NCBI GenBank assembly: GCA_965242725.1
Contig: CBDESZ010000017.1
Location: 52,556-116,555 of the forward strand
Direction of reading: 5' to 3'
DNA from: Alkalispirochaeta sp.
GTDB taxonomy: Bacteria; Spirochaetota; Spirochaetia; DSM-27196; Alkalispirochaetaceae
Length of the DNA stretch: 64,000 nt
Both the position numbers and the translations under genes were made by a program. Position 1 is the stretch's first letter. Each line of letters opens with the position of its first letter. The notes beneath the pieces were generated by a model, which saw only the letters and a list, made by a program, of their open reading frames with translations, was not told the origin of the DNA and did not search any database. Positions 19,170 through 29,026 of this stretch are shown here, in pieces.

Positions 19170-20390
19170 TTATTGGTCCGCTTCTACAGGAATATCAACA
19201 CACACAACCAGTTCTCTTCCATCGGCGGAGACAAAATGACGGGAAATTGTCCGGCAGAGCTCACCACTGTTCAGGGAGAGGTAGGGTTGGCTTGTGTACC
19301 GGTCGTGATCCAACGCTCCGAGACCATATGCGTAATCCATGAGACGGTGGTCCGTACCGACCGGGGTGGGGTGAAAAACGGGGTGTCGCTCACGCCGCTT
19401 TCGTGGGCGGGTCATAATCGTCCGACTTACCTGGATTCCGTCGCGATCCAGAATATACCCGGCGTCGAAGATATCCAGATCCAGGATGATCCGTTCCAGC
19501 TCGGTCGTCATGAGATCCGTGGAAATGCGAGAGAGAGATTCGACGATTACATCGGTTTTCTCATGTATCACCCTGAACCGATCCCGCCGCCTGCGTAAAT
19601 AGTCGGGAAGACTGCGACGGAGCATATTGAAATGGGACGACGATCGCCGTACCGTCTCGGGCCGGACGACGGGATCGGGACGCCCCAAAAGAAACCCCTG
19701 GGCCAGATCGACATTTTCAAGACGGCATACCTCCAGATCATCATAACGCTCCACCCCATGGGCGAGACAGAGGGCTCCCATTTCACGGGTGACATAGACG
19801 ATCGACTTCAGCACGCCTCTTTGCCGCGCGCCTTCGGCGACGTTGTGAATGACGGAACGGTCGATTTTTACAATATCCGGACGGAGAGCGGCGATACGCT
19901 CGAGACTCGACCTCTCCGTACCGAAATTGTCAACGCAAATAAGAAATCCGCCCTGCCGCAGAGACCTGGAGAAATGGACCAGCGAATCCAGGTCATGCAC
20001 TTCCGAAGCGGGGAGTTCAACGGCGACATTGCGCACCGCCAGACCGTAATGACGCACGGTGGAGAGAAGAAGAGTACCGTTCACTTCCCCCGAATCGATG
20101 AGGGAGGGAGATATATTCAGAAAGAGGATGATTTCAGGTGACGGAAGTTCGGCAGAAAAAGCCTGAAGCGATGCGACACGGGCTGCCTGATCGAGATCCC
20201 GAAGTGACCCTTCTTCCATGGCACCCTGCAACAGTACCGTCGGCGGGATGTGATCGCCCCCTTTGGTACGGGGACGCAACAGCGCTTCAGTCCCCATGAC
20301 CGATCCGGTACGTACATTGAACACCGGCTGGAACCAGGCTTCCACACTCTCAATCTCCAATCGCCGTGTGACCGCATCGATCCCGTCCAT
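19170..20390 (-). CDS. EAL-domain protein with C-terminal YkuI-like sensor domain, catalytically degenerate
   Basis: FQPVF..TEALLR, FLNISP, VDNFGTE, IVKIDRS, AHGVE, AQGF; C-terminal SQPYLSLNSGELCRT. Confidence 0.85.
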   Translation of the reverse strand: MDGIDAVTRRLEIESVEAWFQPVFNVRTGSVMGTEALLRPRTKGGDHIPPTVLLQGAMEEGSLRDLDQAARVASLQAFSAELPSPEIILFLNISPSLIDSGEVNGTLLLSTVRHYGLAVRNVAVELPASEVHDLDSLVHFSRSLRQGGFLICVDNFGTERSSLERIAALRPDIVKIDRSVIHNVAEGARQRGVLKSIVYVTREMGALCLAHGVERYDDLEVCRLENVDLAQGFLLGRPDPVVRPETVRRSSSHFNMLRRSLPDYLRRRRDRFRVIHEKTDVIVESLSRISTDLMTTELERIILDLDIFDAGYILDRDGIQVSRTIMTRPRKRRERHPVFHPTPVGTDHRLMDYAYGLGALDHDRYTSQPYLSLNSGELCRTISRHFVSADGRELVVCVDIPVEADQ

Positions 20391-20498
20391 GACAACCCCT
20401 TTCCAGATAGGATATATCGATTCCGTCGATTCGTCATTATCACAACGACACAGGAGAAATTGCTTGATCAACGGGACGGAGAGAAGTACCCTGTCCAA

Positions 20499-22244
20499 AT
20501 GGGTCAGTCATTAACCATACGTGATCTTGCCGTTCATGCATTGCGTGAATACCCCGGTAACGTCGCCTCGGGATACGTGGACGGACAGTCGTGGACGTTT
20601 GGAGAAATCAGCGTCGTCATTTCAAGACTTTTTCACCGCTTTGAGGAACTGGGGATCGCGCCGGGAGATCGAATCGCCCTGTTAAGCGAAAACCAACCCT
20701 CGTGGGCGCCGATTTACCTCGCAACCGTCTGTTACGGGGCTATCATTGTACCCATTTTACCCGATTTCTCAGTCGAGGATGTTACGGAGATATTGCGCCA
20801 TTCCGAGTCGCGCATCGTGTTTGCCTCACGACGCCAGATGGAACGTTTGACAACACGGCCGGAGGGAGGACCCGCCATTCCCGAGGCATTTCTTGTCGAC
20901 ACCGTTCTGGACGAGTACCTGCCGCCGCGGGAAGGGATGACTCCGGAATCGGCACTTGGGGATATTGAAAAGGTGGCGGCACCGAAACCGGACGATACGG
21001 CGGCGATCATCTACACTTCGGGAACGACGGGGCACTCGAAGGGCGTCGAATTGAGTCACAACAACATCGCCTCAAATGTGGAGAGCGCCGACCATTTTGC
21101 CCACATCGCTCCGGGTGAACAGATGCTCTCTATTCTGCCCCTCGCCCACACGTATGAATGCACCCTCGGGATGCTTATCCCCTTTTCACGGGGTGCAACG
21201 GTGAACTATTTGAGCCGCCCCGCATCGCCCTCTGTGCTCATGAAGGCGATGCAGTCCGTACGACCGCACTTGATGCTTGCGGTGCCTTTGCTAATCGAAA
21301 AAATCGTTCGGGGACGGGTTGTGCCTCAGCTCTCCAAAGGTGCCGTGGCGTTCCTCCGTAAAATTCCCGGCCTGCGAAGACTGGTATACCGCAAAGCGAG
21401 AAAGAAACTGGTCACGGCCTTTGGCGGAAGGCTGCGTTTTTTTGGAATCGGCGGAGCACCTCTCGCCGCGGATGTGGAAAAGATCCTCTACGACATGAAA
21501 TTTCCCTACGCCATTGGATACGGACTTACCGAGACAGCTCCCCTGTTGGCAGGAACAAGTCCCTATACCAACTGTTTGCGCAGCACCGGGGTACCGACAC
21601 CGGGCGTGGAAATTCGTATACAGGACGGAGAGATTCAGGCGCGTGGTCCGAACATCATGAAGGGGTATTACCGCGATCCGGAACGGACCGCAGAGATGTT
21701 TACCTCCGACGGATGGTTTCGTACCGGTGATCTCGGTTCCTTCGATGAAGAGGGCCGCCTTTACGTCCAGGGACGCAGCAAGACGGTCATCCTCGGCAGC
21801 AGCGGCGAAAACATTTACCCCGAGGCAATTGAATCAATAATCAATCAGTTTTCAGGGGTTGAAGAATCTCTGGTCGTCCAGGAAGGTTCGCAGTTGATCG
21901 CACGGGTAAAGGTGGATTACGAACATTTCACGGAAAACGCACGCTCCATCGCCCATAGCGCGGTCAAACGTGCAGGTGAGGTAGTGGAAGCGGCGGCGGA
22001 CGCTGCCGGACACGCCGGTGATCATGTGCGCACCTACCTGGACGATCTGCGGAAGCGGGTCAACGAACGTTTGAGCACCTTCAACCGCATTTCCGAGTTC
22101 AGAGAACAGGATGAACCGTTTATCAAAACTCCGACGTCCAAGATCAAACGGTACCTCTATCAGAACGGCGGTACCGGAGCGCAGGACGATGAGAATGACG
22201 GCTCGGAAGACCCGGATGAGCCGGAAAAGAAGAGTGGGACCTGA
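20499..22244 (+). CDS. Long-chain fatty acid--CoA ligase (AMP-binding family)
   Basis: IIYTSGTTGHSKGV, GYGLTE, GWFRTGDLG, GENIYPE, KTPTSKIKR. Confidence 0.9.
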   Translation: MGQSLTIRDLAVHALREYPGNVASGYVDGQSWTFGEISVVISRLFHRFEELGIAPGDRIALLSENQPSWAPIYLATVCYGAIIVPILPDFSVEDVTEILRHSESRIVFASRRQMERLTTRPEGGPAIPEAFLVDTVLDEYLPPREGMTPESALGDIEKVAAPKPDDTAAIIYTSGTTGHSKGVELSHNNIASNVESADHFAHIAPGEQMLSILPLAHTYECTLGMLIPFSRGATVNYLSRPASPSVLMKAMQSVRPHLMLAVPLLIEKIVRGRVVPQLSKGAVAFLRKIPGLRRLVYRKARKKLVTAFGGRLRFFGIGGAPLAADVEKILYDMKFPYAIGYGLTETAPLLAGTSPYTNCLRSTGVPTPGVEIRIQDGEIQARGPNIMKGYYRDPERTAEMFTSDGWFRTGDLGSFDEEGRLYVQGRSKTVILGSSGENIYPEAIESIINQFSGVEESLVVQEGSQLIARVKVDYEHFTENARSIAHSAVKRAGEVVEAAADAAGHAGDHVRTYLDDLRKRVNERLSTFNRISEFREQDEPFIKTPTSKIKRYLYQNGGTGAQDDENDGSEDPDEPEKKSGT

Positions 22245-22307
22245 CAGTAACGACAGATTTGCCCTTTCGGTCCCCCTTTAGTATCCTTAGGGTTCAAAGG
22301 AGCTACT

Positions 22308-23294
22308 ATGAACCCATTGAGAAATAATCGAATCCGACCCATTTTCAGTGTCGTCGTCATTCTCGTTATCGCCATCAGCGGTAACGTTTATGCCGGTGGT
22401 GCAGCGGAAACGCCGCAGACCGACGCATCCGGAAGCGAAATGGAATCCAAGGGGCCCATCACCGTAGCAAGCAAGATCGACACCGAAGGAAGCCTCCTCG
22501 GTTACATGATGGTACATATCCTGGAAGACGCCGGTTATACCGTGGACAACCAGGTTGAGTTTGGCCCCACCGATGTCATTCGCAGGGCGATTACCAACGG
22601 CGAAATAGACATCTATCCCGAATACACCGGAAACGGCGCATTCTTTTTTGGTGAGGCCGACAGCGACGTCTGGAAGGACCCCCGGGGCGGTTACGATCGG
22701 GTAAAGGAACTCGATGCGGAGCGAAACAATCTCATCTGGCTGACACCCGGAAATGCAAACAATACGTGGGCAATCGCCGTCCGGGAGGAACTCTATCAGA
22801 ACGGCGTGACTACCATGGAGGATATCGGTCCGTGGATGGAAGAAGGAAATCCCTTCAAGCTGGCCGCAAGCGAGGAGTTTGTCAGCCGCCCCGACGTCCT
22901 GCCCGCCTTTGAGGAAACCTACAATTTCTCGTTGAGCCAGGAAAATCTTCTCGTTTTCTCCGGAGGGAATACGGCAACGACAATGCAGGCAGCGGCGCGA
23001 AATCAGGAAGGCGTCAACGCGGCGATGGCCTATGGTACGGACGGTCAACTATCCGCCCTGGGACTGTACGTTCTTGACGACACCCGGGGTGTACAGCCGG
23101 TCTATCTTCCCGCTCCCGTCGTACGCGGTGAGGTCCTTGATCAGTACGAAGAACTCCCCGGTCTTCTCCAGCCGGTTTTTGAAAGCCTTGATCGGGAAAC
23201 TCTCCAGTCCTTGAACGCGGCAATCGCCGTGGAAGGACGGAGTGCGGAAGTGGTGGCGCGACAGTATCTCACGGATAACGGTTTCATCCGTTAG
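22308..23294 (+). CDS. Osmoprotectant (glycine betaine-type) ABC transporter substrate-binding protein, OsmF/YehZ-like
   Basis: Signal peptide, VASKIDTEG, DIYPEYTGN, ANNTWAIAVR, AMAYGTDG, QPVYLPAPVVR. Confidence 0.92.
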   Translation: MNPLRNNRIRPIFSVVVILVIAISGNVYAGGAAETPQTDASGSEMESKGPITVASKIDTEGSLLGYMMVHILEDAGYTVDNQVEFGPTDVIRRAITNGEIDIYPEYTGNGAFFFGEADSDVWKDPRGGYDRVKELDAERNNLIWLTPGNANNTWAIAVREELYQNGVTTMEDIGPWMEEGNPFKLAASEEFVSRPDVLPAFEETYNFSLSQENLLVFSGGNTATTMQAAARNQEGVNAAMAYGTDGQLSALGLYVLDDTRGVQPVYLPAPVVRGEVLDQYEELPGLLQPVFESLDRETLQSLNAAIAVEGRSAEVVARQYLTDNGFIR

Positions 23295-23309
23295 GGCTTC
23301 TCGTCCCGG

Positions 23310-24566
23310 ATGGCACAAAATGTAAACGGGGCTTCCCTTTCGGCGGCCCCGTTACCTGTCGTACTCTCCTTTATTCCATCGCTGCTTGCTCTTTTTCTCC
23401 CGTGGATAGTGTTACGGCCGAACCGCATCGCCGACGGCGTGGGGTACGGCGTATTCACCGTGCATTCCGGAGGAACCATTTTTCTTCTCGTCCTGCTGGG
23501 GATTGTCGCAGCGTCACTGGGGAGTGTCGTTGCATTCGACTCCCGGACCGGACAATCGCGGATCATCCGGGAGCGATACCGATCCGGTATGATCACCGCC
23601 ACCCTCATAGCGTGGACCGTTTCCGTCACCGTCTTTCCGTGGTACGTCGTACTTCAGGGAACAAAGAGTCTTCTCGCGGCAGGTGAGATCGGAGAACTGG
23701 GCAGAATCAACCCTTCCGCCGGGTTCCTGCTCATGCTCCTCTCCGGACTCATCGGGTGGCATGAGCTTGCCCGCCTCGGCGGTCGCCGATCCCGGCGCAT
23801 CCTCTATCCGGCTCTCGCGGTCAGCGCGATCGCGATTGCGGTTATCATCGTACAACCTCAATATCGATATCTCTCATACTATGCCGAGTACAGCGTTCGG
23901 GCGGAACGTTTCTACGGCGCACTGATCCGTCACATCGCGCTCAGTGGAAGCGCATTGAGTCTCGCCTGTATAATCGGTGTCCCCGCAGGAATCGGAGCAT
24001 ATCGCTTTCCCCGTCTTCGGGATGCCATCCTCGACGCTACAAGTACGATCCAGACCGTTCCCAGTCTGGCGATGTTCGGCCTTCTCATTGCGCCTTTGGC
24101 GGCGCTGAGCAGGGCGTTTCCGCTCCTCAGGGAGGCGGGAATATCGGGCGTAGGCGTCACTCCCGCCCTCATCGCCCTCACCCTCTACGCTCTTCTGCCC
24201 ATCGTTCGAAATACCGTAACAGGTCTCCTTGTGGTCTCACCGGAGGTCAGGGAAAGCGGACGCGCCATGGGGATGAATCGTCGGCAGCTCTTCCGGATGG
24301 TGGAAATTCCAGTGGCTCTTCCCGTCGTCCTGGGAGGAATTCGGACCGCGGCGGTTCAGGCCGTCGGGAATACCACAGTGGCAGGGCTGATTGGCGCAGG
24401 CGGTCTTGGCTGGTTTATATTCCAGGGCCTCGGCCAGGCAGCGACGGATCTGGTCGTTCTGGGAGTCATTCCCATCGTCGTTCTGGCCGTCGCGGTTGAT
24501 CGCCTCTTCGGCCTTTTGCAAAAGATTTCGGACCGCGGAAAAGTCGTTACGGAGGTGGCCGGATGA
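23310..24566 (+). CDS. Osmoprotectant ABC transporter permease (YehY-like)
   Basis: RPNRIADG, QTVPSLAMFGLL, LYALLPIVRNT, EAA-like ESGRAMGM. Confidence 0.9.
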   Translation: MAQNVNGASLSAAPLPVVLSFIPSLLALFLPWIVLRPNRIADGVGYGVFTVHSGGTIFLLVLLGIVAASLGSVVAFDSRTGQSRIIRERYRSGMITATLIAWTVSVTVFPWYVVLQGTKSLLAAGEIGELGRINPSAGFLLMLLSGLIGWHELARLGGRRSRRILYPALAVSAIAIAVIIVQPQYRYLSYYAEYSVRAERFYGALIRHIALSGSALSLACIIGVPAGIGAYRFPRLRDAILDATSTIQTVPSLAMFGLLIAPLAALSRAFPLLREAGISGVGVTPALIALTLYALLPIVRNTVTGLLVVSPEVRESGRAMGMNRRQLFRMVEIPVALPVVLGGIRTAAVQAVGNTTVAGLIGAGGLGWFIFQGLGQAATDLVVLGVIPIVVLAVAVDRLFGLLQKISDRGKVVTEVAG

Positions 24567-25477
24567 TTGAGTTCACCCGCGTCGATAAATCATTTGGTAC
24601 GGTACAGGCGGTCTCGGATTTGTCTTTCACCGTAGAGAACGGCTCGGTCTGTGTCCTTATAGGCCCCTCCGGTTGCGGTAAATCCACGACCTTGCGCATG
24701 ATCAACCGCCTGCTTGAACCCGACTTCGGCACCATCGAGGTCGACGGCATTGCCCTGCGGGACTACGAACCGTCCCAGTTGCGTCTTCGGACGGGGTATG
24801 TTATCCAGTCGGTCGGTCTTTTACCGCATATGTCGGTCTGGCAGAATATCGCCCTCGTTCCCCGTCTGTTGAAGTGGGAAAAGAAACGCCGCATCTCCCG
24901 GGCCGAGGAGCTTCTTGACCTGGTCGGACTTGATCCCAAGCTCTATCGCGACAAGTATCCCCGGGAACTCTCCGGCGGTGAAGCTCAGCGCGTTGGTGTT
25001 GCCCGGGCCCTGGCGGCGGATCCGCCATATCTGCTCATGGATGAACCTTTCGGCGCTGTGGATCCTCTTACACGAACAAGTCTGCAACAGGAATTCCGGA
25101 AAATTCAGGAGCGACTCAGAAAGACGGTCGTCCTTGTGACCCACGATCTGGATGAGGCGATCTTTCTGGGAGATACTATTGCGCTCATGAAGGACGGCTC
25201 GCTCCGTCAGCACGGCACGGCGGCGGAACTGCTTACAGCGCCGAAGGACGACTTCGTCGCCGATTTTGTCGGATCCGACCGGATGATTCGCATGCTGCAG
25301 ACGGTAGCCCTCCGGAAAATCGAGGGGTGGGAAGGAGATGGAACGCCGACACTTCATGATGCACTCGGACTTTTGCTGAAGAGCAACACCGATGCCGTAG
25401 ATGTCGTTCTCCCGGACGGGGCTTCACGGTCCATCGATTTTACCGATATCCGCCGGATGGTGCAGCCGTGTCGGTAA
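24563..25477 (+). CDS. Osmoprotectant ABC transporter ATP-binding protein (YehX-like)
   Basis: GPSGCGKST, LSGGEAQR, LLMDEPFGAVD, VTHD. Confidence 0.93.
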   Translation: MIEFTRVDKSFGTVQAVSDLSFTVENGSVCVLIGPSGCGKSTTLRMINRLLEPDFGTIEVDGIALRDYEPSQLRLRTGYVIQSVGLLPHMSVWQNIALVPRLLKWEKKRRISRAEELLDLVGLDPKLYRDKYPRELSGGEAQRVGVARALAADPPYLLMDEPFGAVDPLTRTSLQQEFRKIQERLRKTVVLVTHDLDEAIFLGDTIALMKDGSLRQHGTAAELLTAPKDDFVADFVGSDRMIRMLQTVALRKIEGWEGDGTPTLHDALGLLLKSNTDAVDVVLPDGASRSIDFTDIRRMVQPCR

Positions 25478-26196
25478 GACTCGTGCGTCCGCTCATACTC
25501 ACCCTTCTGCTCGTCGGAACCATACATCCCGGGATCTATACCCCGATAGCCCGGTTTCTTTTTTCCGATGAGTCCGTACATATCTACCAGCGGGTTTCCC
25601 TGGTAACGCTCCTTGGTCAGCACGTGGTGCTTACCGTGCTGGCGATGACCGCGGCGGTAATAACCGGTATTTCCGTCGGTGTTCTCGTGACGAGACCGCG
25701 GGGCCGGTCTCTCATACCCCTGGTACGAGATCTTGCAGCGTTGGCCCAGACGATCCCTCCCGTAGCGGTCCTGGTGCTTTCAGTACCGTTGTTCGGATTC
25801 GGCACACGACCGACCGTCTTTGCATTGTATCTTTTCAGCGTCCTGCCGATTCTCGGCAACACCGTGACAGGTCTGCAGCAGATCGATCCCGCCCTTCTCG
25901 AGGCGTCGACGGCAATGGGCATGCGTCCGTGGAGGAGGCTGCTCGTGACCGAACTTCCCCTCGCGGCGCCGATCATTCTCGCCGGCGTGCGTACGTCGGC
26001 AGTCATTTCCATCGGGACGGCGACGATCGGCGCGACCATCGGTGCCGGCGGTCTCGGTGTGGTGATAATTGCCGGCCTCGTACGGGACAATATGTCCTTT
26101 ATCATGTCAGGCGCGCTCTCCGCCGCCCTTCTGGCACTTCTCGTCGACTGGGGTTTTGAGGCGTTCAGTCGGCGCTTCGTCACTGCCCGTCAGTAA
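25468..26196 (+). CDS. Osmoprotectant ABC transporter permease (YehW-like)
   Basis: QTIPPVAVL, EASTAMGM, ELPLAAPIILAGVRT, IGAGGLG. Confidence 0.9.
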   Translation: MSVRLVRPLILTLLLVGTIHPGIYTPIARFLFSDESVHIYQRVSLVTLLGQHVVLTVLAMTAAVITGISVGVLVTRPRGRSLIPLVRDLAALAQTIPPVAVLVLSVPLFGFGTRPTVFALYLFSVLPILGNTVTGLQQIDPALLEASTAMGMRPWRRLLVTELPLAAPIILAGVRTSAVISIGTATIGATIGAGGLGVVIIAGLVRDNMSFIMSGALSAALLALLVDWGFEAFSRRFVTARQ

Positions 26197-26204
26197 CATT
26201 TTAC

Positions 26205-26339
26205 GTATTCACAAGATTGTTGAGCGACACCCGACAAACATCCGTCCCACAACGAATTGCTTGAACAGCATTATCAAATGGGACGTAACGTTCTCCGCGG
26301 AAATGAATTACCTGCAATAATCAACAATCTTGTGAATAC
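26205..26339. mobile_element. MITE-like non-autonomous element (135 bp) related to the IS at 16047-17327
   Basis: Perfect 19-bp inverted repeats GTATTCACAAGATTGTTGA (26205-26223 / 26321-26339), 17/19 identical to the IS right TIR; internal IR CGTCCCA/TGGGACG. Confidence 0.75.
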
Positions 26340-26976
26340 TGCAGACAGATAGCATTTCCGCGACGATCATCGCCGTCGCGCCCCAGATCGTCTTCCCGCC
26401 AAAGTGATAGCTCGGCACCGTGATTGTACCGCGACGGCTGCTGACGACGCGCTCGGTCCGCGTTTCATCAAGTTCACACAGGGGAACCGGAATTATTTCC
26501 GCCACTTCAAGGGGATTCGGCCTCAAGGAACTCCAGGGAAACGGGGACGTTCCGTCGTACACTCCGACCACAGGGGTGATAAGATAGTTGCTCACGTCGA
26601 TGTAAAGCGGTGTCAAAGTACCGGTGACGGCGACGATACCCGGGGAAAGGCCGATTTCCTCCTCCGCTTCGCGGAGGGCGGTATGAATGATCGACCGGTC
26701 ATGCCGCTCCTTCGCGCCACCGGGAAGGGCGATCTGGTTGGAATGGGGGCCCCTGTCGGCGGCACGTCGTATGAACGGGGTTACCAACGAATCTGCCTCG
26801 CTCAACAACAGAAGTACGGCGCTTTGCCGCACCCGTCCCCTGCCGGGTACGGCCGAATCCGTTCTCGTGACTCTGTGGTACGGCCTCCCGGCGGGCATGA
26901 GCATCCTGTGGACCTCCTCTCCGGGCAGCGGGCCCTTCAGCGCGCCCTCGAGGGTGTTGATCAATCGCCGATTCAC
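26308..26976 (-). CDS. Nudix hydrolase, CoA pyrophosphatase (NudL/PCD1-like)
   Basis: SAVLLLL, HSNQIALPGG, TALREAEEEIG Nudix box, NPLEV, IWGATAMI. Confidence 0.9.
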   Translation of the reverse strand: MNRRLINTLEGALKGPLPGEEVHRMLMPAGRPYHRVTRTDSAVPGRGRVRQSAVLLLLSEADSLVTPFIRRAADRGPHSNQIALPGGAKERHDRSIIHTALREAEEEIGLSPGIVAVTGTLTPLYIDVSNYLITPVVGVYDGTSPFPWSSLRPNPLEVAEIIPVPLCELDETRTERVVSSRRGTITVPSYHFGGKTIWGATAMIVAEMLSVCSIHKIVDYCR

Positions 26977-27138
26977 GCCCTTATTCTACGCGAAAGAGCG
27001 GATTCCCTGTAAGTACATCCTATTGCTCAGGTCGCTTAAGTCGATATACCTTGTGCAAGGACGATGGACCGAAAGAATCGAGAGCCCCCTCACCTTGTTC
27101 ACCCCGTACTGAAACCTACTCCGCTTCGGTCTCACTAT

Positions 27139-27170
27139 ATGATCAGCCCACGGAATGATCAGCCCACGGA
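27139..27170. repeat. Perfect 16-bp tandem duplication ATGATCAGCCCACGGA x2
   Basis: 27139-27154 equals 27155-27170. Confidence 0.9.
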
Positions 27171-27215
27171 CCCCTCGTCCCGACGGAGGGGACATATTCC
27201 CGAAGAAGGAGAGAA

Positions 27216-28990
27216 ATGAATCGCGGCGAGGGTAACCGTATCACCACCATCCTCCTTGTTGAGAACTCAGCTCCTCTCGCCCTGAGGCAAAGGGAACGGC
27301 TGGAACGCGCCGGTTTCGTGGTGGTGACAACAAATACCGACGACGCGGTAATACCTTTTAGGGAGGAGCGTCGGGACATCGACATCGTGCTTATGGATAT
27401 CGATCCGGTTCCAGGGGTGGACGGAATGGAGGCGGCTCGCCGGATCCTGCACCTGCGGGAAATTCCGATCATATTCCTCTCTTCGCGCCCTCAGTCGGCC
27501 CGCGTCCGCAGTGCTGAAGACGTTATCCACTACGGGTACATCCTGAAGGATGCCGATGATTTTACGACGATCCAAACGATTGAGACTGCGCTACACCTTC
27601 ATAAGGCCCACAATACCGTCACCCACAGCGAGTTACGGTTCCGGTCGCTCTTTGAAAACGCGCCTCATGTATCGGTCCGGGGGTACGGGCGGGACGGGGA
27701 CCGTCCAGTTCTGGAATCGAGCGGCGGAAGTCATTTTCGGATACTCTCCGGAGGAGGCGATCGGTTCAAATATCATTCAACTCCTCGCCCCGGATGAGCG
27801 GCAACGGATTCTGGTAGACCATATTCAGACGATTTTCAAAGATGGAAACCCTACGCCGACGTCGGAGATGAGAATGAGACGGAAAGACGGCACATTCGTG
27901 GACGTCTATTCAAGCCACACGCTCCTCACCCATCCCGACGGTACCACCGAACTGTTCTCTCTGGACGTAGACATCACCGAACGGAAGGCAATCGAGTTGG
28001 AACTGCACCGGAAAGAAAGGGGAGTACCGCTCTCTCGTGGAGAACCAGAACGAGCTCATCGTCAAAGTTGACCGGGACGGTATCTTTCAGTATGTCAGCG
28101 AATCCTACTGTCGCATGTTCGGAAAACGACGGGACGAGTTGGTGGGCAGGAGTTTCATGCCGCTGGTCCATCCCGATGATCAGGAGAGTACCCGCCTCGC
28201 AATGGAGAGTCTCTACGCACCGCCCTACAGGGTGTCGACTTGAACAGCGAGCGTGGACGGTGGACGGATGGCGCTGGCTCGAGTGGGACGACTCCGCCGT
28301 CGTCGATGATAACGGCACGGTTCATACGATTCTCGGCGCAGGGAGGGACGTCACCGACCGAAAAGAGGCGGAACAGCTGATGGAACAAGCGGTAGCCGAA
28401 AAAGACCGCCTCATGCAGGAGTTGAATCACCGGGTAAAAAACAATATCACCCTCATATCCTCACTGGTGAGCATGAAGGAGGCGGAACTATCCGGCCGGA
28501 TAGACCTTTCGGACGTACGGGGGACAGTTGGACGCGATCGGCCTTGTCCACGAGAAACTGTATTCCGCCGGGAGAAACCAAGGAAATTCCTCTCGCCTCA
28601 TATCTGGAGGATCTTCTTCCGTCGATATTTTCGTTCTACCAGGGCGAAGAAGTCGATATCCGCATAGAGGTGCCGGAGATACGCCTCCCCACGCGAACCG
28701 TTGTTCCCCTGGGAATCATTATCAACGAACTCGCGATAAATGCGATCAAGCACGGTTTTGACGGTTCCGAGGCGCCGCAATTCTTCGTTTCATTCAGTGA
28801 CGTCGGTGACGACACCCACCTTCTTACCGTTTCAAATAACGGCAAGCCCTTTCCACGGAACATTGGCCTGGACACGACGTCGACACTGGGACTGCGCCTC
28901 GTATCCGCCCTGGTGGAACAGATTCAGGGCAGCGTTGAGATTGAACAGAACAGCACCACCGACATAAAAATCACCCTCCCCGCGCGCTGA
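27216..28990 (+). CDS. Receiver-PAS-PAS-histidine kinase (HisKA_2/HWE type), frameshifted
   Basis: REC (VLMDIDP), two PAS segments, [10 protein letters not shown]-box and [11 protein letters not shown]...TLGLRLV ATPase, spread over ORFs 27216, 27550, 28037, 28068 and 28544. Confidence 0.85.
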
Positions 28991-29026
28991 TCTTGCGAAA
29001 TGACGCGACGGGGAAGGGGCGGGAAG

